63,684 nt of DNA, filler included, from Salisapilia sapeloensis CBS 127946 (GCA_023334545.1; 13 parts of 13 records of this genome joined end to end with filler, not necessarily neighbours in it); one strand, 5' to 3'. Positions 23,785 to 36,290 are shown, counted from the whole stretch's first letter. A program made the numbers and translations. Notes: generated from the letters alone by a model not told the origin.

Positions 23785-26348
23785 ATGACAACCAAAGTCG
23801 ACACGAGTGACCCATCCATCACGTCGGCCGGAATGAGCCACGCACTGCTTCCCACAATGCTAGAGAAAGATGCAAATGCCATCACCGGTATGTTTATATA
23901 CTCATGCATTGTATATAATTAAACGCTCTTACAAAACTTGTGCATTACTATACAATAGCACTTGTCCAGGAGCAAGTGCATGATGTGCTTGCCAAGCCAG
24001 AGGCTACGAGAGCCTTTGCAAACCAAGTGATTGGCGAATTGGAAACAGTTATGGAGCAGTACTGCTCAGCAAATAGTTCTGAGATGAATGAGCAGCAAGA
24101 GGCTCAAATCGGAGCACTTTTGCATGCTGCAGCTATGGTAAGCTAAAACTCATAAACAAGTACGCATGATCTAAACTCTACTCGATATAGACAATTCGAT
24201 ACACAACCGAGCGATCAGCTTTGCTTCCATTGATTCCACGCTACTGGAAGGCATTCCATGCAATTATGCATCTTGCATCTGAAGAAAATGAGGCGGTTAA
24301 CCGCCTTAAAGTACATATGGTTCCCACCTTGCAACTCTTGTGACCAGCAACTTATTGTACGTATAGATGACTGGAGCGAGTGCTTCTGTACGAATTCTCG
24401 AGTCCTTTGAAGAAACTATCTTCCTGGATGATGTGGAGAAAGACCTCCAGTTCTTCATCTCTTGCATTTCCACTCCAGGACGAAAAGACAGAAGCTACCT
24501 TGTGCAACCGCTGTGCGACTATACGACCGTCGTACTGCAGACGCATGTTGACATCGCTTCTTTTGTCTACAGTCATGTACAATCTTCTTTTCAACGGTTT
24601 TATTTATCATCTAATCATCCTCTTTCCACATAGGTCTTACCATCTCTCCTCTGCTTCATCCGTTTCCACACGACAGACTCTGAGAGTTCCTCTAAGGTAG
24701 CGTCAGCTGCTGTATCAGAAGCAGCCTCTACCAGTGCCGTATTGATCCAAGCCAAGCTACAGCCGAGAGCTTCGGATGTAATGTCTATCCTCCCCCTCCC
24801 TGCTTTTGCGAATCAATTCGAGGATGAAGAAGTGAGTACCATTGCTCAGCTCCCGAATGAAAGCTCCAGAGGACTTGAAACACCCTCTAGCCTCGAGTCG
24901 TGTGACAGGGAAGATGTTGTCGGGTGCATTCAGGTAGTTCTTACCTGGCTCGAAGACAAGTCACAACGGAGCGTCGCTGCATCAGCGCTACCTGCTCTAT
25001 GCCACGCAGCGTTTGCAATCAATGGGAGTTACAATGCAGCTGAAGATACTGCTGGAAGACTAATTCGATGGTGTGTTTGCTTTCTTTCCACATGGCAAAG
25101 TATTTTCTTATGTGTGGCATCTACGTAGTCTGGATACGATGGACTTGGTACAGCCGGAAGACTTTGATTTTGTACGAGTCGTAGTAGACGCCATCACAGA
25201 CTTGTTAATGCGAATGCCGTACTGGACAGCAGCTACTTTACAAGCGTTGTTCGATGAACTGAAGACCGTGGTACCGTCTCTAGAGGTATACCATGAACTC
25301 TACTGCGCTCAGGATCCAAGTAACATGATGGTAAATAGGATGGAATGAAAGCTTCAAAGCTCGATAAAGCGAAACGAGCTGCCATTCGCAAGACGTGTCA
25401 ATCCACGAGGGACGGAGTCGTGGAAGCAATCGTTGCGTGGATTCATGCTGCTGGACCAACAGAAACGGCTTCTGTGCACGATGTTCTTGTGCAGCAAGTG
25501 GTGACAAAGCTTGCCGATCCTCGTATCTACGGCGACATCCTGTACGTCCTTCGCGATTCTGAGATGAAAGACGCCTACGCTTCGTGTCTAGCAGACTGTA
25601 GCTCTATGATTCTGCAAGCTGTCAATCGATTGAAAAGCTACTCCAAGGTTCCGATGCACTATAGTCTTCATGTACCTCGCATCTCATCCTTTGCTATAGG
25701 CTTCCGCCAAGCGCATTGTGCACGGCGTCAGTCGCTTGGCAGTTGGTGCTGGTGGTGACATCGCTTTCTATGCGGAAGACCTGGCGCAACCGTTGATTGA
25801 TGAGCTATCGTCTTTAAAAGGAGCGTCGAAAGCGACTCGACTACAGGCTGTGGGATGTCTTCTGAGCAGCAGTGCCCTCGACAATGACTTTATCGTATAT
25901 ACACTCCTACACGTGCTTTTAATGTATATGTCTAATGAGGTGTGGATAGAACGAAGATAATGAATGGGTGCAGCAGATTGTTGGTATCTTGCTCCTGGGC
26001 GCCGGCAGTGAAGACATAACATGTCTATCGATTGTGAATGAGCTACTTCGAACGGATGAAACAGGTCGATTGACGCAATTGTTGGCCAGCTACTGCTTGC
26101 ACAATAAAGACAGCGTATTCGACGGTATTACATCGACTTTATCTCGATGGCCACTGTACGACGAGGACTATGAAATCGTGATGCTACTACTGGACATCTT
26201 GCGCTCCCTCCAAACTGATCAAGAAATCCGACAAGAGCTCTTGTCTTACAAAATCGATGTCGTCGTGGAACTCATGATCGAACGTGCCAAGGAAGACAAA
26301 CTAGATGACCTCGTACATAGCTGCAGTGCCTTCTTACAGACAAGTTAG
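23785..26348 (+). CDS. HEAT/ARM-repeat protein, possibly a divergent importin-beta family member; 9 exons, about 700 aa
   Basis: In-frame GT-AG introns at 23888-23958, 24138-24190, 24311-24366, 24577-24633, 25071-25128, 25286-25338, 25648-25699 and about 25913-25973 (last donor uncertain). The protein is helical throughout. The importin-beta resemblance is weak and by eye. Confidence 0.6.
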
Positions 26349-27350
26349 TGTCGGTTCTACTAAAAATTTCCTACGACGGTTCCTCTTCTTACCTCCTACG
26401 TCTTTTCTCTTCCTTACCTTCAACTGCAAGCAAATCTCTCATTCATGATTCTCCAACTGCAAGCAGACCCCTCAACCACGATCCCGCAAACCAGGCTCCT
26501 GATTCCGACTAAATCTTTATAGTTTCTTGGCATATTGTGAAGTGAGATGGATGAAAGAGGAATATAGTTGCAGTGTAGAGACTTTGCGCGTTGGACAGTG
26601 CCGATTCTTAGCTATCTTCAATCTTATCTTCTTTATCTGCATCTAGTCATCGTAGTCGTCATGGGCCTTTCGGCTATCTTTCCAGCCTAATGTCGCATCC
26701 GCTTTTACAATCAAGCCTTAAACAAAAATGCCCATTCTCCGATTTCCCACAGCGCGCGCAACCGACAGCCAGCCACCCGCGTTCAACGTGCAAGACCTCC
26801 AGGGAGGCCGGTTCTTCCTCGAGGTCACTTCTTCGCCTACGTGTGACGGTCAGCCGGAGGGAGTTCGAAGTGTGACTGAAATGTCTTGCATTTAACAAAA
26901 CTGGCAAGGCAATCTGAAGGAGTCGGTATACGAAGGCAGCTGACAATGGACACTTCGACGACCGAAATGAACAGAAGAAGATGCACGGAGGGAAGATATG
27001 CGAGCCACAAGGTGGGACGGTTGAAGGTATACATATGAAAAAGGAGACGTCGGCGGTATTGTGAGGGATTCATATGGGCGAAAAGCTATGCAGCACATGT
27101 GCTGCAGATATGCGTAGCCCTTTACATCGATATATTGCTGAGCAAATATGGGAGATCAGTACGAATGCCAGTGCTCTTTCGTTCTTGCTTAGAATAGCCA
27201 ATAGTCGGTAAATTTAAACGGAAATGACGATAGCCCCTAGTAGATCCATTGCTTCCCACAGGTTATCAGATCTCGAAATACCTATCACTTTTCTTTGATA
27301 GTCCATTAAATACACTGCACCATACCCACCACAAAACCGAAATCTTGATC

Positions 27351-27956
27351 ATGATGCTCCAGCGTATGCTTCCTATCTCGACCGTGCGTCGTGCTGCACA
27401 GTCGCCGCTTGCGACTCGCTTCGCTGCATCCTTCAGCTCGAGCAGCAACCCGAATGTCTTCTTTGACATTGCGATCGATGACAAGCCAGCCGGCCGTATC
27501 ACGATCGAGCTTGCGGCGGACAAAGTGCCCAAGACGGCCGAGAACTTCCGTCAGCTTTGCACCGGTGAAGCTGGCAAGGGCAAGTCTGGCAAGCCACTGC
27601 ACTTCAAGGACTGTGGTTTCCACCGTATCATCCCTGGCTTTATGTGCCAAGGCGGTGACTTCACCCGTGGCAACGGCACGGGCGGAGAGTCCATCTACGG
27701 CGAGAAGTTCGCGGATGAGAACTTTGAGCTGCAGCACCAAGGCCCTGGCATCTTGTCCATGGCGAATGCCGGCCCGAACACGAACGGTTCGCAGTTCTTC
27801 CTGACGCTCGTCGACTGCCCGTGGCTCGACGGCCGTCACGTCGTCTTCGGCAAAGTCACGGACGGCCTCGAGGTCATGAAGAAGATGGAGGAGCAAGGCT
27901 CCCAGTCCGGTGCCACCCGCACGTCGGTCGTGATCCAAGACTGTGGTGAGTTGTAA
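27351..27956 (+). CDS. Cyclophilin peptidyl-prolyl isomerase with mitochondrial presequence (CypD-like), 201 aa
   Basis: [60 protein letters not shown]. The N-terminus is Arg/Ser-rich and lacks acidic residues. Confidence 0.95.
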   Translation: MMLQRMLPISTVRRAAQSPLATRFAASFSSSSNPNVFFDIAIDDKPAGRITIELAADKVPKTAENFRQLCTGEAGKGKSGKPLHFKDCGFHRIIPGFMCQGGDFTRGNGTGGESIYGEKFADENFELQHQGPGILSMANAGPNTNGSQFFLTLVDCPWLDGRHVVFGKVTDGLEVMKKMEEQGSQSGATRTSVVIQDCGEL

Positions 27957-28122
27957 TCCTAGTCAACACGAATGTCCTTGGCCTGATATGCAGAAAAGCA
28001 GTTTTGTATTGATCCACTCTTCCCTTCCATGCGCACTAGCAACCATTCACTTCCAGACGAGAGCATTGGTATCTCGTCACTGGATGAAGAAAAAAACGTG
28101 TAAAAAGAAATTCAGTTTCAAA

Positions 28123-29206
28123 CTACATGCATGTCTCGTCCGCAGCTTCACTCCTGTCCGATCGACGTAGCCCTGCTAGTCGCCTATGTAAGTTGTCTAA
28201 CTCTGATTCTAGCTGCAATTCCCGCGCGACACTTTCACCCAAAAGCTGTTCCAAGTACTTGATTCGACTTGCATCCGGTGCCATCTCCAACGCCTCGCGG
28301 ATATTACGACCTTGAGCACGCTGCCTTGTACGTTCCTCAGCACCTCTCCGATACCGCTCGAGGATCTCGTCTTCGTCTATCGACCCCTGCCTATCTTCAC
28401 TAATCGTCAACGACCGCTCGCCTCGGTTCACATCCGACGCGTCGTCTCCTGACGCTAGATCCTCATCGTCTTCACTCATCTCGGACAAGTCCGAGATCGC
28501 TGGCTTTGTCCGGAATTCGTCAAAGTCATGTATCACATCGACCTCCAGTCGCATAGCCTTCTCCTCCGCATCCAAGTCCGCGTCTGTCGTGATCGTATTC
28601 GCCGTCCCGCGAATATCCTGCGCCGGGTCACTGAACCCAGAGATGCTCGACACATCGTCGTCTTCTCCAGACGCTCGGACAGGATGCATGTACTCCATGT
28701 ACTCTGGATGACTCTCTGGATCCCATCGAAAGTACATGGCGTCCCACAGCACCACTCGCTTCAAGTTCGCACGCGGATAGAGCACGCGGTTCGTCGACCG
28801 GAACAAGGGGTTCTTGAACGGCACCGGGTTCTCCAGCACAGGTGTCCACACCGACTCGGTGCGTTCCCATACTTTATCCATATACCGCTGGTGCTCCGAG
28901 TTATTGAGAAACGTTCCATACAGACCTGACACGAGTGCATCCCACACATGCAGTAAGAAGCGTTCGTTGAACTCAAAGCAAGTCGTGAATTGGTGCGTCA
29001 TCTGCCACACGCAATCTAAAAACTGGAGCATCACAGGCGATCGCTCACTCGGTTGATCCGTAATGTCCTTCCCGACACCAATGCGATCAGCAAACTTGTG
29101 TCCGAAAGAGCACCATTCCTTCTCCACTAACACTGCAAATCCTCGTATCGTACGATAGTAAGGATCGAGCATCAACTGCGCCAAGGCTGTCAGCTGCGGC
29201 GTCCGA
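28123..29206 (-). CDS. Myotubularin-family phosphoinositide phosphatase, C-terminal part (5'-truncated by spacer)
   Basis: (D)RTPQLTALAQLMLDPYYRTIRGFAVLVEKEWCSFGHKF...SPVMLQFLDCVWQ...FEFNE, with an acidic and coiled-coil tail. Confidence 0.92.
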
Positions 29207-29978
29207 NNNNNNNNNNNNNNNNNNNNNNNNNNNNNNNNNNNNNNNNNNNNTTAATTAATTAANNNNNNNNNNNNNNNNNNNNNNNNNNNNNNNNNNNNNN
29301 NNNNNNGACAGAGAGGTATGCCGCTCCGTCCATTACGCGAACGCGCGTTATCATGCGAGTGCAAAACCGGAGGTCCAATGATCCACCAAAGTAGGTCGAT
29401 CCACCTCGGCTTTTGGCACTCTACGACAAAGTATGATGCAAATGTGTGCTAGAAATAGGGCGACCATCATTCTGGTGCGTTAGTATTGCCAGACCACCAA
29501 AATGCTGTTAGATCGGATCCTATGCAAATCCTTTGTATTCGCGTTGCTAGATCATTCTCTACGGTTGGAATGACTGTGGAACATCTATCAGTAGAGTTTC
29601 GGTTGGCGAAAAACTTATCTTTGGTGGAGAAACACGGCTCAATCACTCGTTAACTGACTTGTCTACCGGTCGTCTCCACGTTACGCAATCGCTGTCTGTC
29701 CGTCGTAGTGTTTAAACAACAGACGATGAATTGGTACACACTTGGAAAGCAGGAGGCCAACAACGGTCGGCCGATCAGTAGAGAGACTCGTTGGGTTCAG
29801 AAGTCAGATGAACGAAGCTGAGGTGCACATCATTATCTGATTCAATTGAACGAACTAGTGGCATCGGTAGTAAAGAATCGAGTACGACGCAGTTGTTGTG
29901 ACAATCGTCTTGTATTCGCTGCACTGCTTATAGGCAAACCCTACGATTGTGACTGGAAATCTAAGTGAGCAACTGCAT

Positions 29979-31035
29979 CTAAAAGACAGTGACGATACGC
30001 CAGTCCATATCTTCGGGTTCAGTCACTAGCGATTCAAAGCGCCATGTCGCAGCAGAATTGCGAGGCACATTCTGATCTTCTCCTTCTTTCATACGTACTT
30101 GCAAATGTTCCGTCGACTCAAGTCGAACGTCTAACATCATTCGTTCCACGATGGTATCGTGGTCTTCTTGCGTAATTTCCAACCCTTCCACCTCCAAGTC
30201 CTCATCCTTGAGCTCTTCAGCCTGCTTGCTCGCGCGAGACAGCGCATCGGCTGGAGATTCGCCACTGCTAATAGCCTCCCCTAGCGTATCCAGTTGTTTC
30301 TGTCGAGCAATTGACATGGCCTCTGTGTGCTTAATGTTGGCTAGTGTCAACCGATTCCAGTGGACGCCAGAGATGTAGCATCCATGAATGTCTAGCTTAT
30401 CGAGAATGAATGTATGCCCGAAGCGGTTCGTCTCACGCATCGAGAATAGGAAAGCATCTAAACAGGCGGGAGACAGACAACCTTTCAAGGTATCTGCAGC
30501 AGGCGATTCCGTGATGGCACCTGTGGCGTAGTTCATAAACTCTGGAGAATACAACGAGTTCATGACGAGATCGCACGCTTGTTGCGCTCCTTGGATGAAC
30601 TCGACACCATCAATTTCAGTCTGCATGGGTAATTGCATCTTGGCAAAGAGCCACCATTTATGAGGAAGAGAATAGTTCGGTGCAAAGACGTCGTGCTCGG
30701 CGTACTTGTTAAAGTCTTTCGAACGCTCTCGTGCACGACGTAGCATCCGAGAAAGCAGATCGAATGGATTTTCCTGCGGAGGTTCCGATTGCGATGAGAA
30801 GTGCTGTGCGCGAGTAAGATTGACTGCGGATTTCTCCAATCTTCGTGTCGACTTATACTATAAGTAGTCATAGAAACGAGATTAGCATTACTGTAGTGCA
30901 TGTAGATGCTGCATAAGTGTACAGCCGACTGCAAGAATTTTTGTAAGAAGTACGCACCGTGCATCGCAAGACGCGTGCCGATCGCTCTGCTCCCCACGCT
31001 CTCATCGCTGATTCTTTGTGTGCATAGGAAGACAT
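29979..31035 (-). CDS. Mitochondrial Tim44-superfamily / MAIP1-like protein, 2 exons
   Basis: DGVEFIQGAQQAC... and C-terminal WRFES...DWRIV pattern. Intron 30957-30858 joins an Arg-rich presequence exon. Start is ATG 31035 or 31005. Confidence 0.55.
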
Positions 31036-31141
31036 CGCTGTAGGTTTCAGGAAGGTTTTCCTTATACTCATAAAAACAACCTTCGAACGACAAATATTAC
31101 TGCAACATGACTACCATCACAGACGACATTTCAACACGAGC

Positions 31142-32796
31142 ATGACTCCTCGATGGCGAAGAGTGCTACCACGACGCTTTCCAAGACATTCAAAGTTTGC
31201 TAGATCTTTTACTACACAGAAAAATGAGTCACCTGTCCCGACAGAGCGTATCATATCTGCTCTCGTTGTCAATCGACCAGGTAAGAGTGGCAAAATCAAG
31301 GTGCTGGGATGGTTTAGCTGATAATGCTTCACGTGCTCTTTATAGGTACATTGGCACACATTGCCGATATGTTTGGTATTGCTGGACAAAACATTTCGAG
31401 TTTGTGTGTACGTCCGACAGTCGTACCAGAGCTTTCTCGTGTTACAATCAACATCGGCTTGCGTGAAGGCGAGGTGACCAAGTTTCAGAAAAGGCTTCGT
31501 TCACTCGTTTGCGTTTCCTTCTTCCACATTACTAGTGTACAGGCCTGTGTGGAGAATAAGGAGCTCATGATCCGCTCCCAAGTTCTCATCCGTCTCGCAC
31601 CTTTCAGCGATAGAGATCGCTTGCAGTCCATTTTAGATGAGTTTGGTGCCACGGTCGTTGACCAAGACAATAATGCCGTCATACCAAACGAGCAGTTACC
31701 TGACCCAACCATTGACGATAAGGCACATAAGTCTAGCGAAATGCGCATCAATGAAACTTTTGTGCATTTGGTGGAAGATCCGGATCGGATAGCAGATTTT
31801 ATCGCAGCGCTAAAGCAGTCCAAGTACGACATTCAAGAGACACAGTCGTGTGCACCGCTGTTTCTAGACCGATCTCAGTCTACTTTAGATGCAGCAGATA
31901 AGAAAAGTTTTACGAGGGAAGTGAATGAACATGTGGAGGAATTACAGACAGATCCACATCCAGCTCGGAAACTACATCCTTCCGATGAACCTACTTCAGA
32001 GCCAAAGCCTTCATCGTATACACCATCGTCGACCTATGAAATGCATACAGATGAACGCGGCTACTTTATGCGCGACCGACTGCAGCTCCATGCTCGTATC
32101 GCTCATCAGTTGTACGAAGGTGTACCGCAGGACTTGACGCGTCCCAAGTTCGTACTCCTACTAGGAATCCCTGGCTCAGGCAAATCCTCACTATTGAGCC
32201 ATCTAGACTCTCTTGGTGAACTCACGCTTGGAGATTTTGTCAATTTTGATGTGGACGAAGTCATCGCTTTGCTGCCAGAGTTTTATCATGCCATGCTTAA
32301 TGTCGGCCTCGGGAATGAGTTCCATGCTGACGTCGACCGTCCACTCCCCCGACCGCAAGCTCGATACCAAATGTGTCGTGCTGAAGCGAGATTCATCCTG
32401 CATAAGAACTTGCACAGCTCTATTATGTGCCGTAAGAATATTATTCTTCACGGCAGTGGAAAGTCCTTCCATAACTACATGAACATTGTCGATCAAGTAC
32501 TGGCCGCAGGGTTTGATACTCAGGTCGTGTGCCTCGATATATCCACAGACGTAGCATGCGATCGGGTGGAGAAACGTAGCAATAATGGATACGGACGAGA
32601 CGTGCCCAAGTCACTTGTAGATTTCACAGCGTCGATGATTACTCGTACGTTTCGGTTACTCTCGCAACGTGTTGAGAACGCACACTTGTTCGACAGCCAA
32701 GACTTACCTCCACGACTGGTGTGGAGCAAGCAGGACTCAAATGTCGTCGTTACACATGGCAGTTCAGATCCTACACAACGCAAGTATGGTTTGTAA
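31142..32796 (+). CDS. Fusion: mitochondrial presequence + AHAS regulatory subunit (ACT + ALS_ss_C) + zeta-toxin-family P-loop kinase, 529 aa
   Basis: Exon 31142-31280, GT-AG intron 31281-31345, exon 31346-32796. The splice reconstitutes IISALVVNRPGTLAHIADMF..GQNISSLCVRPT..PELSRVTI (IlvH-like ACT). Then RSQVLIRL..DRDRLQSILDEFGATVVD...EDPDRIADFIAAL, Walker A GIPGSGKS (32164-32187), FDVD, RVEKR..GYGRDVP. Confidence 0.85.
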
Positions 32797-34020
32797 GTTT
32801 AGGCCATCTTCGTAGAGCGCCCAATTGGATATTATGCAAGGCATATTAGGCTTTACATGAACAACACGCAGAAGCTGTAATAAGAACAAACGCCCAAGTC
32901 TTTGGCGGCTCGTTCTACTCGTACATCGCTATCTACCTTTCCATGCCTANNNNNNNNNNNNNNNNNNNNNNNNNNNNNNNNNNNNNNNNNNNNTTAATTA
33001 ATTAANNNNNNNNNNNNNNNNNNNNNNNNNNNNNNNNNNNNNNNNNNNNAATACTAGAGAGAAGTATCACTCAAATTAGTCTTTACGGATGTAAACGTGT
33101 GGGTCAAGACGACCTCGAAGAGCTAGATGGGGTGTGAAAATCAGACGTACCGAACGGTCGCGTCGAGGATCGCTCGGAGCTACCTCAAGAAGTAAAAGGC
33201 ACTGGATAGAAATAAGCCTCAAAGCATGACAGAGCTCGATATTTCGTTCTTGTTACAGATGAATGGCCGAAAACACATTACAACCAACTCCCGGTTCACC
33301 AAGTCTACACAATGCGCTTAAGCAACTACAACTACCACCTAAAATGTCGACGATTAAAGTTCTGGTCTCTTTCTGGCAAACAGTCAATGTAGAGCCTATT
33401 TATGCTTTGTGGTAACCTGGTTCAGTTGTTGGATGGAAATTTTGTACGAGTTTTATAAATGAAGCAAGTTTCTGCTCATCACGTTGGAAAGTATACCGAG
33501 TGATGACTCGCAACAAGTTGAATATTGATGTGTTCGATGACACCAGATTTCCGATCTTCCATATCTTGCCTCCTTGTGTCGACAGACTTGGGCCATCTAA
33601 GTTTTGTATGGATACCCAATCTTCCACAAGAAGCAGCAATCAATCGTCTACTTTTGTACTTGATAATTGCCGGAATAGAGATAAAGACGCTAGGCATTAA
33701 ATACTTCCATAAAGTATAGGGTAGTCGAAGATTTGCCCATTTACCGAATAAGAATAGTATTGCTACTTTTCCGCTTCGATAGCATTGTGAATGGTACGCT
33801 AGTCTTCAATCTATCCATCGAATCTTTTTGCAATAGAAACTAGTTTTGAAGGATGTGGTAAAGCTCGGCGTACGCAAGACTTAAAGTTTCTCCGATAAGG
33901 AGATCACTTGTGTTGTCGCTGTCGCGGTACGTACCTACTAACTCCGAAATTCTTTTTAATTGATTCCGGATACTTGCGTTGGTCGTTAGTACTAGATTCC
34001 CTTGGGAGTCCAAAACGAAG

Positions 34021-34038
34021 GTTCATTTCGCCATTTCC
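34021..34038 (+). promoter_or_regulatory. Oomycete Inr + FPR core promoter element
   Basis: GTTCATTTCGCCATTTCC lies about 30 nt before ATG 34068 and fits the TCATTYYNCAWTTT-type consensus. Confidence 0.6.
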
Positions 34039-34067
34039 ACGCTAAAGCTGAGACCTACCTCGCAGCA

Positions 34068-34390
34068 ATGGTAATCTCGAGATGTTTGCTTTGGGCGCTC
34101 TGGATTGTATGTATATCGACTGTATCAGCTATCAAAAAGTGTGACAAGCGTACGAATATTCTCATGTCGGACTGTGATAAAGAGTGCGATGTAGCATGCA
34201 TTATCCACCAGAAAGAAAATCGACGTCTCACTGGCTTCGGGGCTGGTGGCTTAACCGACTCAGTCTATTTTGCCGACAAACCAACTATGCGGCCAGAAGT
34301 TCGAAACAGGATATCGAGTTCTACTACAAGAGCTCAAATTGCACATCTTGTTGAAAGCGATACGGAGTCTGGATGTCAATATCTGTGCAA
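34068..34390 (+). CDS. Secreted or cell-surface Cys-rich protein, N-terminus only (truncated by spacer)
   Basis: Signal peptide MVISRCLLWALWIVCISTVSA, then KKCD..SDCDKECDVAC...GCQYLC. An Inr/FPR element lies upstream. Confidence 0.6.
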
Positions 34391-34607
34391 NNNNNNNNNN
34401 NNNNNNNNNNNNNNNNNNNNNNNNNNNNNNNNNNTTAATTAATTAANNNNNNNNNNNNNNNNNNNNNNNNNNNNNNNNNNNNNNNNNNNNCAAATGCTAA
34501 TAGTATATTTTTCTCTGCTTGTACCGCGCCCAGAGCTTAAATAAGCTATATACACTATAAGGCCTGTATACATCCATGCAATTTACTACAACATGATTAC
34601 AAGTCTA

Positions 34608-36290
34608 TAGCTGCTGCAAAAAGTCACGGGCCAACGCCATTCATTTGAAAATGAGTGATGGAATCGACAAGGTACGTCTACTTCATACATTTATTTCAAC
34701 CATCACGACCACCAACTAACGTTCTATATACGTCCAGTACTAAAAGCGGTCGTAAGACGTACTCGCCTATTGGAATCGCAGTTCCAGTGAGAGTACTTGA
34801 CGTAATAGTAGGTAGGTTTGAAGACTTGACTTTGTCTTAGCAAATTCAGAACTGAGTTACTTGCTTATCTCTCCCTACATCTTCATCTCTCTCATCTCCT
34901 TTCGCTCTTCACTCCAACTGCAACTTCAAGGGCGACTTCAATCACTTGACATGCATGTCGGAATTGACTCTGATCTTCTTCCTGCATCGCATCTGGACGT
35001 CAAATACAACATCACCGGAGTTGAGGGCACTATGCATAAAGAAACGTGCTGCTGGCTTGACCATTGCAAAGATCAGCCAGCAGCTCGATTTACTTTTGTC
35101 GACTGTGAAAGAAGTTATTTACCGTGCCTCATCTAACGGCCATGCCTACACGTCTGCACAATCTGAAAGGCATCGCGTGACGGACGAGCAAATAAATCGC
35201 TCAATCATTTGAGCAGTGAAGCAAGGCCGTTGCAGCTCGACTGTTCAAGTTGTTGGTAGAATAAAAGATAGTTTTAATATTATAGTTGACCCTTAATAAT
35301 ACGAAATCGCTTACATAATGCGGGTCTATATGGACGAGCCGCCAGGAAAAAGCCGTAGTTGACGGCAAAACATAGAACCAAGAGACTAAAATACGCCAAC
35401 GACTACCTTAGATTCTTACCGGAAGATTGAAAAGGGTTGTATTTAGTAATGAGAGCAGCTTTTGGCTCACTGGCTGAGCTGGACGTGTCTACATCTTGCA
35501 TGGACCGGGGAAAATGTTCAAAGAGCCGTGTACGGTACCGACATTCAAGTCAGATAGGGCAACCCTTATGGTTCTGGGTTGCATTACCTGGGATGGAGTT
35601 GGGGGACTTTACATATCCACAGCGTCCGTCACCCCAGGATAGTACCATAAGATTTTAGAAGCCAATCTGACTTCAATAAAAATGTACCCGGGCTTGATTA
35701 CAACATTTTGTTCGTCCAGGACGATGCACCTGCACATCGATCCCGAGTGAGTCAAACCTAACTTCGCAACAACAACATCAAGTGCCTGGATTATTCTTCG
35801 CAAAGTCCAGATCTAAATCCTATAGCAAATCTATGGGCAATCTTAAAGCAGGAGGTTAGCAAGTAACCTGCCTCTTCTATTTTCGACCTGATTACCACGA
35901 TAGAGGCTTTATGGTACAATATCGATCCGTCGATCGTCCAGAAGCTCTACCAATCCACACCAGCATGATTCCAGGAGGTAAAAGCAAACAAACGTTGTCA
36001 TTAAAGCTATCAACCAAATAAATCTAGTTAAAGATGAAATTGTTTTCTTTGTTTTTTGCACGGTACGTTCTTGGTTCGTCCCGTTTGGCCTTAAATAATT
36101 GAATGAAGAGCTAATTCACTCTGTAGCTCGTGACTTGATTGACGGAATTAGAAAAGGCTTTATATCTTATTCACTGTACAAAGCGGTATCATGTGCATAT
36201 TCTTTTAGAAAATATCGCCGTCACATCAATATAAAAAATAAAAAATAGCAAGTAGATAAAACTTTCGCCCGTGACTTTTTGCAGCAGCTA
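34608..36290 (+). mobile_element. Tc1/mariner (DD34E) DNA transposon, non-functional, 1683 bp
   Basis: Putative 24-bp TIRs TAGCTGCTGCAAAAAGTCACGGGC (34608-34631 / 36267-36290), each flanked by TA. A transposase remnant lies inside. The exact TIR limit is inferred. Confidence 0.75.
34946..35990 (+). pseudogene. Tc1-family transposase remnant
   Basis: HTH (TSPELRALCI..GLTIAKISQQL), GRAARKKP*, VVFSNESSF, TVPTFKS..LMVLGCITWDGVG, FVQDDAPAH, SQSPDLNPIANLW. D-to-E spacing is 34 residues (35720 to 35825). D1 is N and E is A; stops and frameshifts are present. Confidence 0.9.

Noticed and set aside
26600-27100. Short overlapping ORFs before cyclophilin
   Set aside because: No recognisable product or splice structure.
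31507-31542. Possible 36-nt in-frame GT-AG intron in the ACT-zeta gene
   Set aside because: It is shorter than all other introns here (52 nt or more), and its translation (LVCVSFFHIT) aligns with the last ACT strand of AHAS small subunits.
31880-32796. Bacterial epsilon/zeta toxin-antitoxin module or contamination
   Set aside because: The gene has a spliceosomal intron, a presequence and a eukaryotic divergent neighbour, and no antitoxin-like small ORF is present.
33050-33900. Possible LRR-like remnant
   Set aside because: Only one marginal motif, in a frame with stops.
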